This document shows, piece by piece, positions 49,906 through 62,601 of a stretch of 64,000 bases of DNA. Source of the DNA: Rhodospirillales bacterium. GTDB lineage: Bacteria > Pseudomonadota > Alphaproteobacteria > CACIAM-22H2. A program made the position numbers and the translations under genes. The notes beneath the pieces were generated by a model, which made no database searches, was not told where the DNA came from, and worked only from the letters and a program-made list of their open reading frames with translations. The stretch covers positions 88,287 through 152,286 of the forward strand of contig CANFCX010000001.1 in the NCBI GenBank assembly GCA_947445225.1, written 5' to 3'. The stretch's first letter is position 1. Each line of letters opens with the position of its first letter.

Positions 49906-51074
49906 CAGGCGGCCTCCCGCACGGCCTTGACGATCTTCTCGGCGGCGTCGGCGAGATTTTCGGCGGACACGATCGCCAGCCCGGATTGTTTGATGATCTT
50001 CTTGCCGAGTTCCACGTTGGTCCCTTCCAACCGCACCACCAGCGGCACGTTGAGGCCGATTTCGCGGGCCGCGGCAACCACACCTTCGGCGATCACGTCG
50101 CAGCGCATGATCCCGCCGAAAATGTTGACCAAGATGCCCTCGACCCGCGGATCCGAAAGGATCAGCTTGAACGCGACGGTCACTCTTTCGCGGGTGGCGC
50201 CGCCGCCGACATCGAGGAAATTCGCGGGATCGCCGCCGTACAGCTTGATGATGTCCATGGTCGCCATGGCCAAGCCCGCGCCGTTGACCATGCACCCGAT
50301 ATTGCCGGTAAGCCGGATGTAGTTGAGGCCGTGGCGGCCGGCTTCGAGTTCGGCGGCATCCTCCTCGCTTTCGTCGCGCAGATCTTCGACTTCCTTGTGA
50401 CGGAACAGGCCGTTGTCGTCGAAGTTCATCTTCGCGTCGAGTGCGATCACGCCGCCATCGCCGGTGACGACCAGCGGATTGATCTCGACCAGGCTCGCGT
50501 CCAGCGCGGTGAAGGCCTGATAGAGCCCGGTGATGAGTTTGCCCGCCGCGGCGGCCTGTTTCGGATCGAGGCCCAAGCCAAAGGCAAGGCGCCGCGCGTG
50601 AAACGGACGCAGCCCGATCGCCGGGTCCACGGCCAATCGCATGATCTGGTCCGGATGTTTGGCCGCGACTTCTTCGATATCCATGCCGCCCGCCGTGGAC
50701 GCGATGAATGTCGGACATCCCGTCGCCCGATCGATCAGCAGCCCCAAATACAGCTCGCGTTTGATGTCACAGCCTTCTTCGACATACACCCGCTTGACTT
50801 CCTTGCCGGCGGGGCCGGTCTGGTGGGTGATGAGCTGCATGCCGAGAATCTTCGCCGCCGTGGACTTAGCCTCGGCGATCGACTTCACCACCTTCACGCC
50901 GCCGCCCTTGCCGCGACCGCCAGCGTGAATCTGCGCCTTGACCACCCAGACCGGTCCGGGCAGGCCGCGGGCCACGGTCTCGGCCTCATCGGCGGTATAA
51001 GCGACGCCCCCCTTGGGGACGGCGACACCGTATTTAGCCAATAGCTGCTTGGCTTGATATTCGTGGATGTTCAT
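49905..51074 (-). CDS. sucC: Succinyl-CoA synthetase beta subunit
   Basis: [17 protein letters not shown]... ATP-grasp N-terminus. 389 aa. Confidence 0.9.
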   Translation of the reverse strand: MNIHEYQAKQLLAKYGVAVPKGGVAYTADEAETVARGLPGPVWVVKAQIHAGGRGKGGGVKVVKSIAEAKSTAAKILGMQLITHQTGPAGKEVKRVYVEEGCDIKRELYLGLLIDRATGCPTFIASTAGGMDIEEVAAKHPDQIMRLAVDPAIGLRPFHARRLAFGLGLDPKQAAAAGKLITGLYQAFTALDASLVEINPLVVTGDGGVIALDAKMNFDDNGLFRHKEVEDLRDESEEDAAELEAGRHGLNYIRLTGNIGCMVNGAGLAMATMDIIKLYGGDPANFLDVGGGATRERVTVAFKLILSDPRVEGILVNIFGGIMRCDVIAEGVVAAAREIGLNVPLVVRLEGTNVELGKKIIKQSGLAIVSAENLADAAEKIVKAVREAA

Positions 51075-51156
51075 GCGGAACCCGCGCGGGCCGGGCCATG
51101 TCGATGTTGGCCGGACTTGTACTCTACCATGCCACCCCCCCGGTGCAATCGCCGCC

Positions 51157-52233
<1,077 letters not shown>

Positions 52234-52248
52234 CTACGCGTGGCCCGC

Positions 52249-53667
<1,419 letters not shown>

Positions 53668-53912
53668 TCGGTCTTTGACGGTGAATGGAGGGGGGATGTC
53701 CGTCGGTGTGCCGCAAAGCCTGGTTCTCTTTGGAACCTGACGCCGATGCGCATTGAGAATGCGGTCGGCTTGATGGCGCGGCGCCCTAGGTTTTTTAGGA
53801 TTTGACGACGCCGCGGGCAACGAGGTGCGGCGTAAGAGCATTCAGCTTTAGCCAATGGACCACGCAGTGTCAATGCGCGCCCGACCCCGACTCAATCAAT
53901 TGATCGTATGGC
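53668..53912 (-). promoter_or_regulatory. 245-nt rho 5' leader (candidate Rho-dependent autoregulatory attenuator)
   Basis: Unusually long untranslated region between the hemJ stop and the rho ATG. On the transcribed strand it contains C-rich tracts (e.g. CAUCCCCCCUCC). Confidence 0.3.
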
Positions 53913-54353
53913 TCAGAACGGCTTGACGATCACCATGATGACGATGACCACCATCAGTAGCGTCGGAATTTCATTGGCGAGGCGGAAGAACCGCGGCGAC
54001 TTCGTGCTGCGCCCGGCGGCGAGGTCGCGGTGCCAGCCCGCCATCATCCCATGCATCGCGCCGAGGCACACAACGGCGAGCAATTTCGTATGCACCCAGC
54101 CCGCGGACCAGTTCACGGTCGTAAGCAGGATTCCGCCGGAGCCGAAGGCGACCAGCATCGCGGGCGTCATGATCATCCGGTAAAGACGCCGTTCCATCGT
54201 TGTCAGCAATCGCGCGGCCTCGGCGGCCGGATCGAGACCGGCGTGGTAGACGAACAGGCGCGGCAGATAGAGCATGCCCGCCATCCATGAAATCACGGCG
54301 ACGATGTGCAGGACCTTCAGCCAGTAGTACCAATCGTTCACCCACGCCGCCAT
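53913..54353 (-). CDS. hemJ: Protoporphyrinogen IX oxidase HemJ (UPF0093/CopD-like small membrane protein)
   Basis: 146 aa with 4 TM segments. MAAWVNDWYYWLKVLHIVAVISWMAGMLYLPRLFVYH... Located between hemH and rho, as is conserved in alphaproteobacteria. Confidence 0.7.
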   Translation of the reverse strand: MAAWVNDWYYWLKVLHIVAVISWMAGMLYLPRLFVYHAGLDPAAEAARLLTTMERRLYRMIMTPAMLVAFGSGGILLTTVNWSAGWVHTKLLAVVCLGAMHGMMAGWHRDLAAGRSTKSPRFFRLANEIPTLLMVVIVIMVIVKPF

Positions 54354-54362
54354 CTTCGCCCC

Positions 54363-55403
54363 CTATCCACCGATCACCGCGCAGCCACATCGGCTGGCCG
54401 TTGCCGGACACAGTTTTTCCCCGCCGAAGGGTCGCATCCGCTTCCGGTCGGCGAGCGTTTCCCGGACGACGGCAGCCAAGCCGGCAATGAATTTGGGCGT
54501 CGCGGCAACCGTCGGTACCCGGAAATAGGCCGGCACGCCGTGACGTTTGGCATGTTCCCGATAGGTCATGTCCAGTTCGACCAGCGTTTCGGAATGTTCC
54601 GAGACGAAGCTGACCGGGACGACGACGATCGGCACCCCGTCCTTACCGGCGCGGATGATTTCGTCTTCGGCATAGGGGCCGATCCATTCGAGTCTGCCGA
54701 CCCGGCTTTGGTAACAAACCGCCCAATCGAGATCGGGCACGGAAGCGGCCGCGACAATCGCCGCGGCGGTTTGTTCGACCTGAAATTGGTACGGATCACC
54801 CGCGGCGACTACGCGCTTCGGCAAGCCATGCGCCGAGAACAACACGCGCGGTTTGCCGAATTTCGCCGCATCGGCCAGCGCCGGGCGCAGGGCATCGGCA
54901 AGTGTCGCGCAAAAGCCGGGCTCGGTGGGGTAACAGCAAATCGCTTGTGTTGGCGCGACCAACCCGGCCTCGGCCGCCGCCCGGTGCCAATCCTTGATCG
55001 AGGATGCGGTTGTGGCCGTCGAATATTGCGGATAGAGCGGCAACAGCACGATGCGGTCGGGCGCGAAACGTTTGACGTCGGCCGCCGTCTCCCGCGCGAA
55101 GGGGTGCCAATACCGCATGGCGATGAAGACGCCGACCTGGTCCTCTCCGGCCAACGCCGCCTCCAGCGCCTTGGCCTGAATCTTCGTATTGGGGAGGATG
55201 GGGGAGCCGCCCCCGATGCGGGCATAGATGTCGGCCGCCACCTTCGCCCTTTGCGAGGCGATGAACCGCGCGAGGAAAAACCGGATCGGCTGGGGTACGC
55301 CCAATATCGCCGGGTCGCCAAACAGGTTCAAAAGGAACGGCTTGATCGCTTCCGGCCGATCCGGCCCGCCGAGATTGAAGACGATGACGGCGAGGCGGCC
55401 CAT
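54363..55403 (-). CDS. hemH: Ferrochelatase
   Basis: MGRLAVIVFNLGGPD.... The start at 55403 is coupled to the hemE stop (55405-07). Confidence 0.85.
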   Translation of the reverse strand: MGRLAVIVFNLGGPDRPEAIKPFLLNLFGDPAILGVPQPIRFFLARFIASQRAKVAADIYARIGGGSPILPNTKIQAKALEAALAGEDQVGVFIAMRYWHPFARETAADVKRFAPDRIVLLPLYPQYSTATTASSIKDWHRAAAEAGLVAPTQAICCYPTEPGFCATLADALRPALADAAKFGKPRVLFSAHGLPKRVVAAGDPYQFQVEQTAAAIVAAASVPDLDWAVCYQSRVGRLEWIGPYAEDEIIRAGKDGVPIVVVPVSFVSEHSETLVELDMTYREHAKRHGVPAYFRVPTVAATPKFIAGLAAVVRETLADRKRMRPFGGEKLCPATASRCGCAVIGG

Positions 55404-55404
55404 C

Positions 55405-56463
55405 TCACGAACGGCTTCTGACCGTCGCCACCAGGTCCTCGACATGGGCGATGGGTGTTTTCGGCAGAATGCCGTGACCCAGATTAAAGATAAACGGCCC
55501 GTGGCCCAGCGCCCCAACGATTCGTCTTACTTCGGTCTTCAGGTTCTCTCCTCCGGCCAGGAGTTGGATCGGATCGAGATTGCCCTGGACCGCGGCCTGG
55601 GGCTGCAACACCTGCGCCGCCCAGTGCAGCGGCACCATGGAATCGAGACCGAGGCAATCGACGTCGGTCGCCGACGCAAAACCCTGATAACCAAGCCCGG
55701 CGCCCCGGGGAAACCCGATGATCGGAACGGACGGCCGAAGTTTCTTCAGCCTCCGCACGATTTCCCGCACCGGCGCGACACACCAGCGTTCGAACGCCGG
55801 AGCCGGAAGCACGCCGGCCCAGCTATCGAACAGTTGGAGCACCTCGGCACCGGCATCGATCTGACGGATGAGATAGGCGGTTGTTGCGTCGACAAGGCGA
55901 TCGATGAGGACCTGGAACCCATCGGGATCACCCAGCGCCCAGGACTTAACCCTTGAAAAATCCCGGCTTGTTCCACCTTCGACCATATAGGTCGCGACCG
56001 TCCACGGTGCCCCGGCGAAACCGATCAACGTCGTGTCCGCCGGCAGCGCGCTTTTCACTCGGCGAAGAGTCTCGAACACCGGTGCGAGTGGCACCATCGA
56101 TTCTTCCTCGGAAAGCGAGGGCAAGCCACGAGGAGATTCCAGCGGATCGAGAACGGGGCCTTCGCCTTCACGAAATTCAACACTGCGCCCAAGCGCGTGG
56201 GGAATGACGAGAATGTCGGAAAAGAGAATGGCGGCGTCGAAACCAAACCGTTTGATCGGCTGCAACGTGATCTCGCTGGCGAGATCGGGATTGAAACACA
56301 CCGACAGGAAGTTCGGCGCCTTCGCGCGCGTTGCCCGATATTCCGGCAAATAACGGCCCGCCTGCCGCATTAGCCAGATCGGCGGCGGGGTTAGGGTTTC
56401 GCCGCCGAGAACCGCGAGCAACGGTTTACTCTTTGGCGGCGTTGGGATCGGTGCGGGCTTCAT
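55405..56463 (-). CDS. hemE: Uroporphyrinogen decarboxylase
   Basis: ...PIWLMRQAGRYLPEYR... is the HemE signature. Confidence 0.9.
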   Translation of the reverse strand: MKPAPIPTPPKSKPLLAVLGGETLTPPPIWLMRQAGRYLPEYRATRAKAPNFLSVCFNPDLASEITLQPIKRFGFDAAILFSDILVIPHALGRSVEFREGEGPVLDPLESPRGLPSLSEEESMVPLAPVFETLRRVKSALPADTTLIGFAGAPWTVATYMVEGGTSRDFSRVKSWALGDPDGFQVLIDRLVDATTAYLIRQIDAGAEVLQLFDSWAGVLPAPAFERWCVAPVREIVRRLKKLRPSVPIIGFPRGAGLGYQGFASATDVDCLGLDSMVPLHWAAQVLQPQAAVQGNLDPIQLLAGGENLKTEVRRIVGALGHGPFIFNLGHGILPKTPIAHVEDLVATVRSRS

Positions 56464-56857
56464 GGGGAAGTTCGTTATCTCTCTTATGATAAGAATCTAA
56501 TCTTCTTAGGTTGAGGTTGTAGTTGGTGCGAGAGTCGTGGGGATTGAATATCGGACGCAAACGATCCAGAGGCATCGCGCCGATCGATCCGCTAGAGAGG
56601 GGAGAGTGTATCATGTCGGCAATTGGTCCTGAAAGCCCAGCTATCGGCCGCGCGCAGCGACACCAGAATGATGCGAATCACGGGGATATGTGATCGGCGC
56701 TTGAAATCCCCCACATGGCGGAGGACCGGGGGATATCTCCATGCACCGACTTGATGGTTGTGGACGTTAATCGGCAATACGTGCAGCCTTATGACGACGC
56801 GGTGGAGAACTCCTCACTTATCCCCGACGGCCCAATTCCATACAGAGAGCAGATCGG
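56464..56857. promoter_or_regulatory. 394-bp AT-richer divergent promoter region (hemE <-> PEP-synthase regulatory protein gene)
   Basis: Visibly lower GC than flanking DNA. Contains direct repeats CGGGGATATGTGATC / CGGGGGATATCTCCATG and TTATGATAAGAATCTAATCTTCTTAGG. Confidence 0.3.
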
Positions 56858-57682
56858 ATGAAAACCTTTCATCTCCACCTCGTTTCCGATTCCACCGGGG
56901 AGACAATTCATACGCTCGCGCGAGCCTGTGTGGCCCAGTTCGAGAAGATACAGGCCGTTGAACATGTCTGGTCGATGGTTCGGGGCAAACCACAGCTTGA
57001 AAAGGTCCTCGTGGGTATCGAAGCCAATCCTGGGATCGTGTTGTTCACGCTTGTCGATGTGACCCTGCGACAAACACTCGTGGAAGGCTGCCGCGCACTG
57101 GGTGTTCCCAGCATCTCGGCCCTCGACCCCGTACTCGCCGCTCTATCGAGCCATCTCGGGGAAAAGGCGCAGGGCTTGCCGGGACGCCAACATGAACTGG
57201 GCGCGGAGTATTTTGCCCGCATCGAAGCGATGAACTACGTCCTGGCGCATGACGACGGCCAATCCAATTGGGACCTCGATCAGGCCGACATTATTATCGT
57301 TGGCGTGTCGCGCACATCGAAAACGCCGACCTGCATTTATTTGGCCAATCGCGGCGTGAAAGTAGCGAACGTACCCTTCGTGCCCGGCTGTCCATTGCCG
57401 CCAAATCTGACAACAATGAACAAGGCGCTGATTGTCGGGCTGACCAAGGACGCCAACCAGCTCATTCAAATCCGGCGCAACCGGCTGCACATGCTGAATG
57501 AAACCGAAGACTCGCAATACACCGACCTGCAAGCCGTGAAGGAAGAGATTGCGGCCGCGCGCCGCCTCTACTCACAACACGGATGGCCGGTCATCGACGT
57601 CACCCGGCGATCGATCGAGGAAACCGCGGCGGCCATCATGAGCCTGTACCAGGAACGGAAAGAACCGGCGCGCAAGACCTAA
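56858..57682 (+). CDS. Pyruvate,phosphate dikinase / PEP synthase regulatory protein (bifunctional kinase-pyrophosphorylase, DUF299)
   Basis: MKTFHLHLVSDSTGETIHTLARA... and P-loop GVSRTSKTPTCIYLA. Confidence 0.8.
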   Translation: MKTFHLHLVSDSTGETIHTLARACVAQFEKIQAVEHVWSMVRGKPQLEKVLVGIEANPGIVLFTLVDVTLRQTLVEGCRALGVPSISALDPVLAALSSHLGEKAQGLPGRQHELGAEYFARIEAMNYVLAHDDGQSNWDLDQADIIIVGVSRTSKTPTCIYLANRGVKVANVPFVPGCPLPPNLTTMNKALIVGLTKDANQLIQIRRNRLHMLNETEDSQYTDLQAVKEEIAAARRLYSQHGWPVIDVTRRSIEETAAAIMSLYQERKEPARKT

Positions 57683-57698
57683 CGAACCGGGCTGGACC

Positions 57699-58343
57699 GT
57701 GATCGTCGAGGCGCTGGCCCATTTTTTCGAGCGCGCGACCGCCCATGCTCGAAAAGCCGGGTATGTGCATGAGCAAATCGCGCTGCTCGCACGGCATCGA
57801 CGGCAGCGTCGGGCCTGGGCCCCACATCTCGCCCGGACCCGGGATTTTATCGAACGTATGGCGAGGACGACGGCGGGCGGTCAAGTCGTCGTTCTGGGGT
57901 CGGGTGCGCTGCTCGACATCCCCGTGGCCGCGCTCGCGCAGCGTTTTGGCGACGTGGTTCTGGTCGATGTCTTTCACCCTCGAATCGCGCGTCGAACCGC
58001 CCGACGTTTCACCAATGTCAGGCTCCATACCTGCGATTTGTTGGGTGCCAGCACGCGGACCCACGACGGATTGCCTCAGATTCGGCTCGACGCGTGGCGG
58101 TCCTCTTTCCCAGCGCCGGATTTGGTCGTATCGGCCAATTTGCTCTCCCAACTCCCGATTCTGCCGCTGCAGCGCGCCGGTGCCGGAGACGACGCCGAAG
58201 CCCTGTTGATGTGGACGCGGTCCGTCACCGCGGACATTTGCAAGACCTCACCACCGGCCCCGGGGCGGCCTGTGTTGTCACCGAAAAACTGCGGCGGCGG
58301 TATGATCGAGACGGCGCCGAAATCGACTGCTTCGACGGACTAG
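57699..58343 (+). CDS. Hypothetical Rossmann-like protein; C-terminus looks out of frame (possible frameshift, continuing in ORF 58094..58465)
   Basis: The first ~170 aa look protein-like (VVVLGSGALLDIP...VVLVDVFHP...LVVSANLLSQLP). The last ~35 aa are low-complexity. The overlapping +1-frame ORF 58094..58465 has a plausible C-terminal half. Confidence 0.4.
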   Translation: MIVEALAHFFERATAHARKAGYVHEQIALLARHRRQRRAWAPHLARTRDFIERMARTTAGGQVVVLGSGALLDIPVAALAQRFGDVVLVDVFHPRIARRTARRFTNVRLHTCDLLGASTRTHDGLPQIRLDAWRSSFPAPDLVVSANLLSQLPILPLQRAGAGDDAEALLMWTRSVTADICKTSPPAPGRPVLSPKNCGGGMIETAPKSTASTD

Positions 58344-58472
58344 CCGGCGTCGATATTCCCGCGCCGGAGGAATGTTGGACTTGGGAGATCGGGCCCTTTG
58401 GAGAGATCGACCGGAAGAGCCGTACGGTCGTGGACGTGCGCGCTTTCCGCGTCCCGCCAGCCTGAGCGAGGA

Positions 58473-58841
58473 CTAGGACGCGGGCTTGGCGATCATTCGG
58501 CCAAGTGGCCGCCCGCCGAAAATATGGACATGGAAGTGGGGGACTTCCTGATTGCCATCGCGCCCGGTATTGGCCAGGAAGCGATAGCCGCTTTCTCCCA
58601 ATTTCATCAGTCGTGCCACTGCACCGACGGCGCGAAACAGGCCGGCGATTTCCGCGGGACTTGCCTTGTCGTGGAAATCGTCCATCGACACATAGGCGCC
58701 CTTGGGGATGACGAGGACATGCACCGGCGCCTGGGGATTGATGTCGTGAAAGGCCAGCGCGTGATCGTCCTCATACACCTTCTTGCAAGGGATTTCGCCG
58801 CGCAGAATGCGGGCAAAAACGTTGTTTGGGTCATAGACCAT
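58473..58841 (-). CDS. HIT-family protein (HinT-like)
   Basis: ...NQEVPHFHVHIFGG is the histidine-triad motif. 122 aa. Confidence 0.85.
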   Translation of the reverse strand: MVYDPNNVFARILRGEIPCKKVYEDDHALAFHDINPQAPVHVLVIPKGAYVSMDDFHDKASPAEIAGLFRAVGAVARLMKLGESGYRFLANTGRDGNQEVPHFHVHIFGGRPLGRMIAKPAS

Positions 58842-58853
58842 GGGGGTCGATCC

Positions 58854-59192
58854 TCAACTTTGCTCGCGGGCGGCCTTCTCGACGATACCGGACATGCCTT
58901 CACGGCCGGCGATCTCGGTCCAGACGTCGGTTGGCTTGATCCCGGCATCGGCCCACAGGACGAGCAGGTGGTACATGAGGTCGGCGGATTCACCGACGAG
59001 CTTGTCGCGACGGCCGCGCACAGCCTCGATGACGACCTCGACGGCCTCTTCGCCGACTTTCTGCGCAATCTTGTGCGTGCCCTTGGCGAAGAGGCGGGCG
59101 GTATTGGACAGGTTCGGGTCGGCGCCGCGGCGCGATTCGATGACCGCGAAAAGGCGGTCGAGGACGGCGGGGTCTTTGGAAATGTCGGTCAT
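58854..59192 (-). CDS. hisE: Phosphoribosyl-ATP pyrophosphatase
   Basis: MTDISKDPAVLDRLFAVIESRRGADPNLSNTARLF...LMYHLLVLW. Confidence 0.85.
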   Translation of the reverse strand: MTDISKDPAVLDRLFAVIESRRGADPNLSNTARLFAKGTHKIAQKVGEEAVEVVIEAVRGRRDKLVGESADLMYHLLVLWADAGIKPTDVWTEIAGREGMSGIVEKAAREQS

Positions 59193-59226
59193 TCCGCCTG
59201 GGCTCCGGTAATCGTGTGTAACTCTA

Positions 59227-59994
59227 TCACGGCGCCGGCGGTTCACGTATGGCGACGCCAGCCGCTTTCATATGGTTCTTAGCTTCCGCGATTGTGTGTT
59301 CGCCGAAATGGAAGATGGAAGCCGCCAGCACGGCTTGGGCATGTCCCTGGCGTACGCCATCGACCAGGTGATCGAGCGTGCCGACGCCGCCGGAGGCGAT
59401 CACCGGAATCGGCACGGTGTCGACGACGGCGCGGGTCAAATCGAGGTCGAAGCCGAGTTTGGTCCCGTCGCGGTCCATGGACGTCAGGAGGATTTCGCCG
59501 GCGCCGAGCGCCGCCATGCGTTGAGCCCAGGCAATTGCGTCTATTCCAGCGGCGTTGTGGCCGCCATGGGTGTAGACGCCGAAACCCTCCGGCGTCCGGC
59601 GGGCATCGATGGCGATGGTGATACATTGGCTGCCGAATTTCTCCGCCGCTTCGGACACGAATTCCGGACGCCGCACAGCCTCGGTGTTGATCGAGACCTT
59701 ATCCGCCCCGGCCAAGAGCAGGCGCCGGATGTCCTCAAGCGTACGAACGCCGCCGCCCACGGTCAGCGGCATGAAACATTGCTCGGCGGTGCGGCTGACG
59801 GCATCGAGAAGGATGTCGCGGGCTTCGTGGCTGGCGGCGATGTCGAGGAAACACAGCTCGTCGGCGCCGGCCGCGTCGTAGAGGCGGGCTTGTTCGGCTG
59901 GGTCGCCAGCGTCCCGGAGGTCGACGAAACGCACGCCCTTGACGACGCGACCGCCCTTCACGTCGAGACAGGGGATCAGTCGAACTTTCAGCAC
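59227..59994 (-). CDS. hisF: Imidazole glycerol phosphate synthase cyclase subunit
   Basis: [24 protein letters not shown].... Confidence 0.9.
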   Translation of the reverse strand: MLKVRLIPCLDVKGGRVVKGVRFVDLRDAGDPAEQARLYDAAGADELCFLDIAASHEARDILLDAVSRTAEQCFMPLTVGGGVRTLEDIRRLLLAGADKVSINTEAVRRPEFVSEAAEKFGSQCITIAIDARRTPEGFGVYTHGGHNAAGIDAIAWAQRMAALGAGEILLTSMDRDGTKLGFDLDLTRAVVDTVPIPVIASGGVGTLDHLVDGVRQGHAQAVLAASIFHFGEHTIAEAKNHMKAAGVAIREPPAP

Positions 59995-60731
59995 GGCGCG
60001 GCGGCTTCGCGCTGGAACAGGTCGATGGCGGCGGCCAAATCGACGCGGCCGTCATAAAGGGCGCGGCCGACGATGGCGCCGAGCAGGCGTCCCTCGCCGC
60101 GGGCTTTTATCGCCGCAAGATCGGCCAGAGATGACACGCCGCCGGAAACGATGACCGGAATCGGCACGGCGCGGGAAAGCGCCAGGCTCGCCTCGAGATT
60201 GGGGCCGCCGAGCACCCCGTCGCGTTCGATATCGGTGTGGATGATCGCCGAGACACCGACATCGGCAAAACGGCGGGCCAAATCCAGCGCCGACATCGTT
60301 GAGGTCTCCGTCCAGCCATCCACCGCCGCATAACCGCCGCGGGCGTCGATGCCGACGGCAACCCGGCCGGGGTGGGCGCGGCAGGCCGACCGCACGAGAT
60401 CGGGATCGCGGAGAGCGGCCGTGCCAAGGATCACGCGGGCCACGCCGCGCGCGAGCCAGGCCTCGATGCCGGCGCGGCTGCGAATGCCGCCGCCGAGCTG
60501 CACCTTGACGTTTACCGCGCCCAGGATGGATTCCACGGCCGCGCCATTTGTCGCCTGCCCGGCGATCGCGCCGTCGAGATCGACGACATGAATCCAATCG
60601 CAGCCGGCGTCGACAAAGGCGCGCGCTTGTGCGGCAGGATCGTCGCTAAAGACCGTGGCGCGGTTCATGTCGCCCTGCTGAAGCCGCACGCAGGCGCCGC
60701 CCTTGAGGTCGATAGCCGGGAAAAGGATCAT
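59988..60731 (-). CDS. hisA: ProFAR isomerase
   Basis: [22 protein letters not shown].... ATGA overlap with the hisH stop. Confidence 0.9.
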   Translation of the reverse strand: MILFPAIDLKGGACVRLQQGDMNRATVFSDDPAAQARAFVDAGCDWIHVVDLDGAIAGQATNGAAVESILGAVNVKVQLGGGIRSRAGIEAWLARGVARVILGTAALRDPDLVRSACRAHPGRVAVGIDARGGYAAVDGWTETSTMSALDLARRFADVGVSAIIHTDIERDGVLGGPNLEASLALSRAVPIPVIVSGGVSSLADLAAIKARGEGRLLGAIVGRALYDGRVDLAAAIDLFQREAAAPC

Positions 60732-61359
60732 GGCCGCCAGCGCAGGAAATTGGCGAGCAACCGGAGCCCGGCGCTCTGGCTTTTTTCCGGGTGGAATTGG
60801 GTGCCGACGAGATTGTCCCGGCCCACCGCCGCCGCGATGCCGCCGCCGTAATCGGTGACGGCCAATCGCGCCGCGGCGGCCTTGGGTACGAAGTGATAGC
60901 TGTGCACGAAATAAAAATGCGCGTTCGACAGACCCTCGAACAAAGGGTGGGGCGCGGCGGTCGCGACTTCGTTCCAGCCCATATGGGGCACCTTGAGTGT
61001 GGGGTCGCGCGGCTCGAGGCGCCTGACCTCGCCCCCGATCCATCCGAGCCCGGCATGGTCGCCATGTTCGAGGCCGCGATCGGCCAGGAGCTGCATGCCG
61101 ACGCAGATCCCGAGAAAAGGCTTCCCGCCTTCGAGCGCCTGACGGCGCAAGGCGTCCACCATGCCCGGCAGGGCGGTCACGCCGCGCAGACAATCGGCGA
61201 AGGCGCCGACGCCAGGCAGCACGATATGCGATGCATGGGCGAGTGCCGCGGCCTCGGCCGTTACCGCGACCTCACCCTTGCCATCGAGGGCGCGCTCGAA
61301 GGCCTTGGCCGCTGAACGAAGATTGCCCGAGCCGTAGTCGATGATCGCCACTTGCGGCA
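60728..61359 (-). CDS. hisH: Imidazole glycerol phosphate synthase glutaminase subunit
   Basis: MPQVAIIDYGSGNLRSAAKAFE...GICVGMQLL... with the catalytic Cys. Confidence 0.9.
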
Positions 61360-61376
61360 TGGCAGTCTTGCGCGGA

Positions 61377-61745
61377 TCAGCCGGCCTGCCGCGACAGGAA
61401 GCGCAGCGCGGCGACCTCTGTGTCTTCGGCCGCCACGACGCCTTCCGGGGCAAAACCCGCGCGCTCGAGCCCGCGACGGCGGAGGTCGTTGGCCTCCCAG
61501 CCGATGCCCAGGGCAAAGGCCAGGCTGACCGCGGCCTGACTCACTGGATCGAGGCCGGCCAGTTCACCCGCGGCACCCAAGATTGCCGCCGCGGCAAAGA
61601 TGCCGATGGCGGCCCACCACAGCCGGTGTGCCAGCGCCCAAAAAAAGGTGAAGAAGAAAGCCGGCCAGCAAAACCCCTCGCGGATGGCGACGGGCGCGCG
61701 ATCGCCGATCCAGGCCGGCGGCAGGTGAATGCTGTAAAGGCGCAT
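61377..61745 (-). CDS. DUF2628-family small membrane protein embedded in the his operon
   Basis: 122 aa with 2 TM segments. MRLYSIHLPPAWIGDRAPVAIREGFCWPAFFFTFFWALAHRLWW.... The position between hisB and hisH is conserved in alphaproteobacteria. Confidence 0.7.
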   Translation of the reverse strand: MRLYSIHLPPAWIGDRAPVAIREGFCWPAFFFTFFWALAHRLWWAAIGIFAAAAILGAAGELAGLDPVSQAAVSLAFALGIGWEANDLRRRGLERAGFAPEGVVAAEDTEVAALRFLSRQAG

Positions 61746-61764
61746 CGGGTGAAAGGGCCGGCGG

Positions 61765-62380
61765 TCAGGCGGGCAAGGTGCCGCTGAGCGTGCCCTTCGT
61801 CGAAGGCACGGCGTCGGCCTTGCGCGGGTCGATCGTCAGGGCCTGGCGAAGGGCGCGCGCGAGGCCCTTGTAACAGGACTCGACGATGTGATGGTTGTTC
61901 TCGCCATACAGGGTTTCGATGTGCAGCGTCACGCCCGCGGCCTGAGCGAAAGCCTGAAACCATTCCTTGAACAATTCGGTGTCCATGTCGCCGAGTTTCG
62001 GGCGGCTGAAATTCACCTTCCAAATAAGGTAAGGCCGGTTGGAGGCGTCCAGCGCGATGCGGGTCAGCGTCTCGTCCATGGGGATAAGCGCATCGCCATA
62101 CCGCATGATGCCGCGGCGATCGCCGATGGCCTTGGCAATCGCTTCACCCACGACGATACCGGTATCCTCGGTCGTGTGGTGAAAATCGATGTGAAGATCG
62201 CCCTCCGCGCGCAGCGTCAAATCGATGAGGCTGTGGCGGGACAATTGCTCCATCATGTGGTCGAGAAAGCCGATGCCGGTTTTCACGTCATAGACACCGG
62301 CGCCATCGATGTTGATGACCGCCGTAACGCGGGTCTCTTTGGTCAGGCGCTCGACCCGAGCCTGTCGCATCGCGTCCTCG
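61765..62380 (-). CDS. hisB: Imidazoleglycerol-phosphate dehydratase
   Basis: [23 protein letters not shown]...[14 protein letters not shown].... Confidence 0.9.
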
Positions 62381-62601
62381 AAGCTTTGATGATGGTGGCC
62401 GGTTTTTATCAGGAACCCCGGATCAGTGCCATGCCTATCCCTTGGCCGGAGTTTCCGGCCGACCGCGGCGGCGTTTACGGAAAATTCACACCAAGCGGCC
62501 AATGATAACGTCGTGAGCGGTAGTTTGCCGTTCCGACCGGGGAGGTGGTAGGATAGTGCCCGTCGTCGTTGGGCAGAAACGCCCGGTCAAGCGAGGAAAG
62601 C

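Noticed and set aside
51126-51141. C7 homopolymer in the mdh/sucC intergenic region as a phase-variation switch
   Set aside because: A single short tract in a GC-rich promoter region, with no link to a surface or contingency gene. Noted but not considered meaningful.
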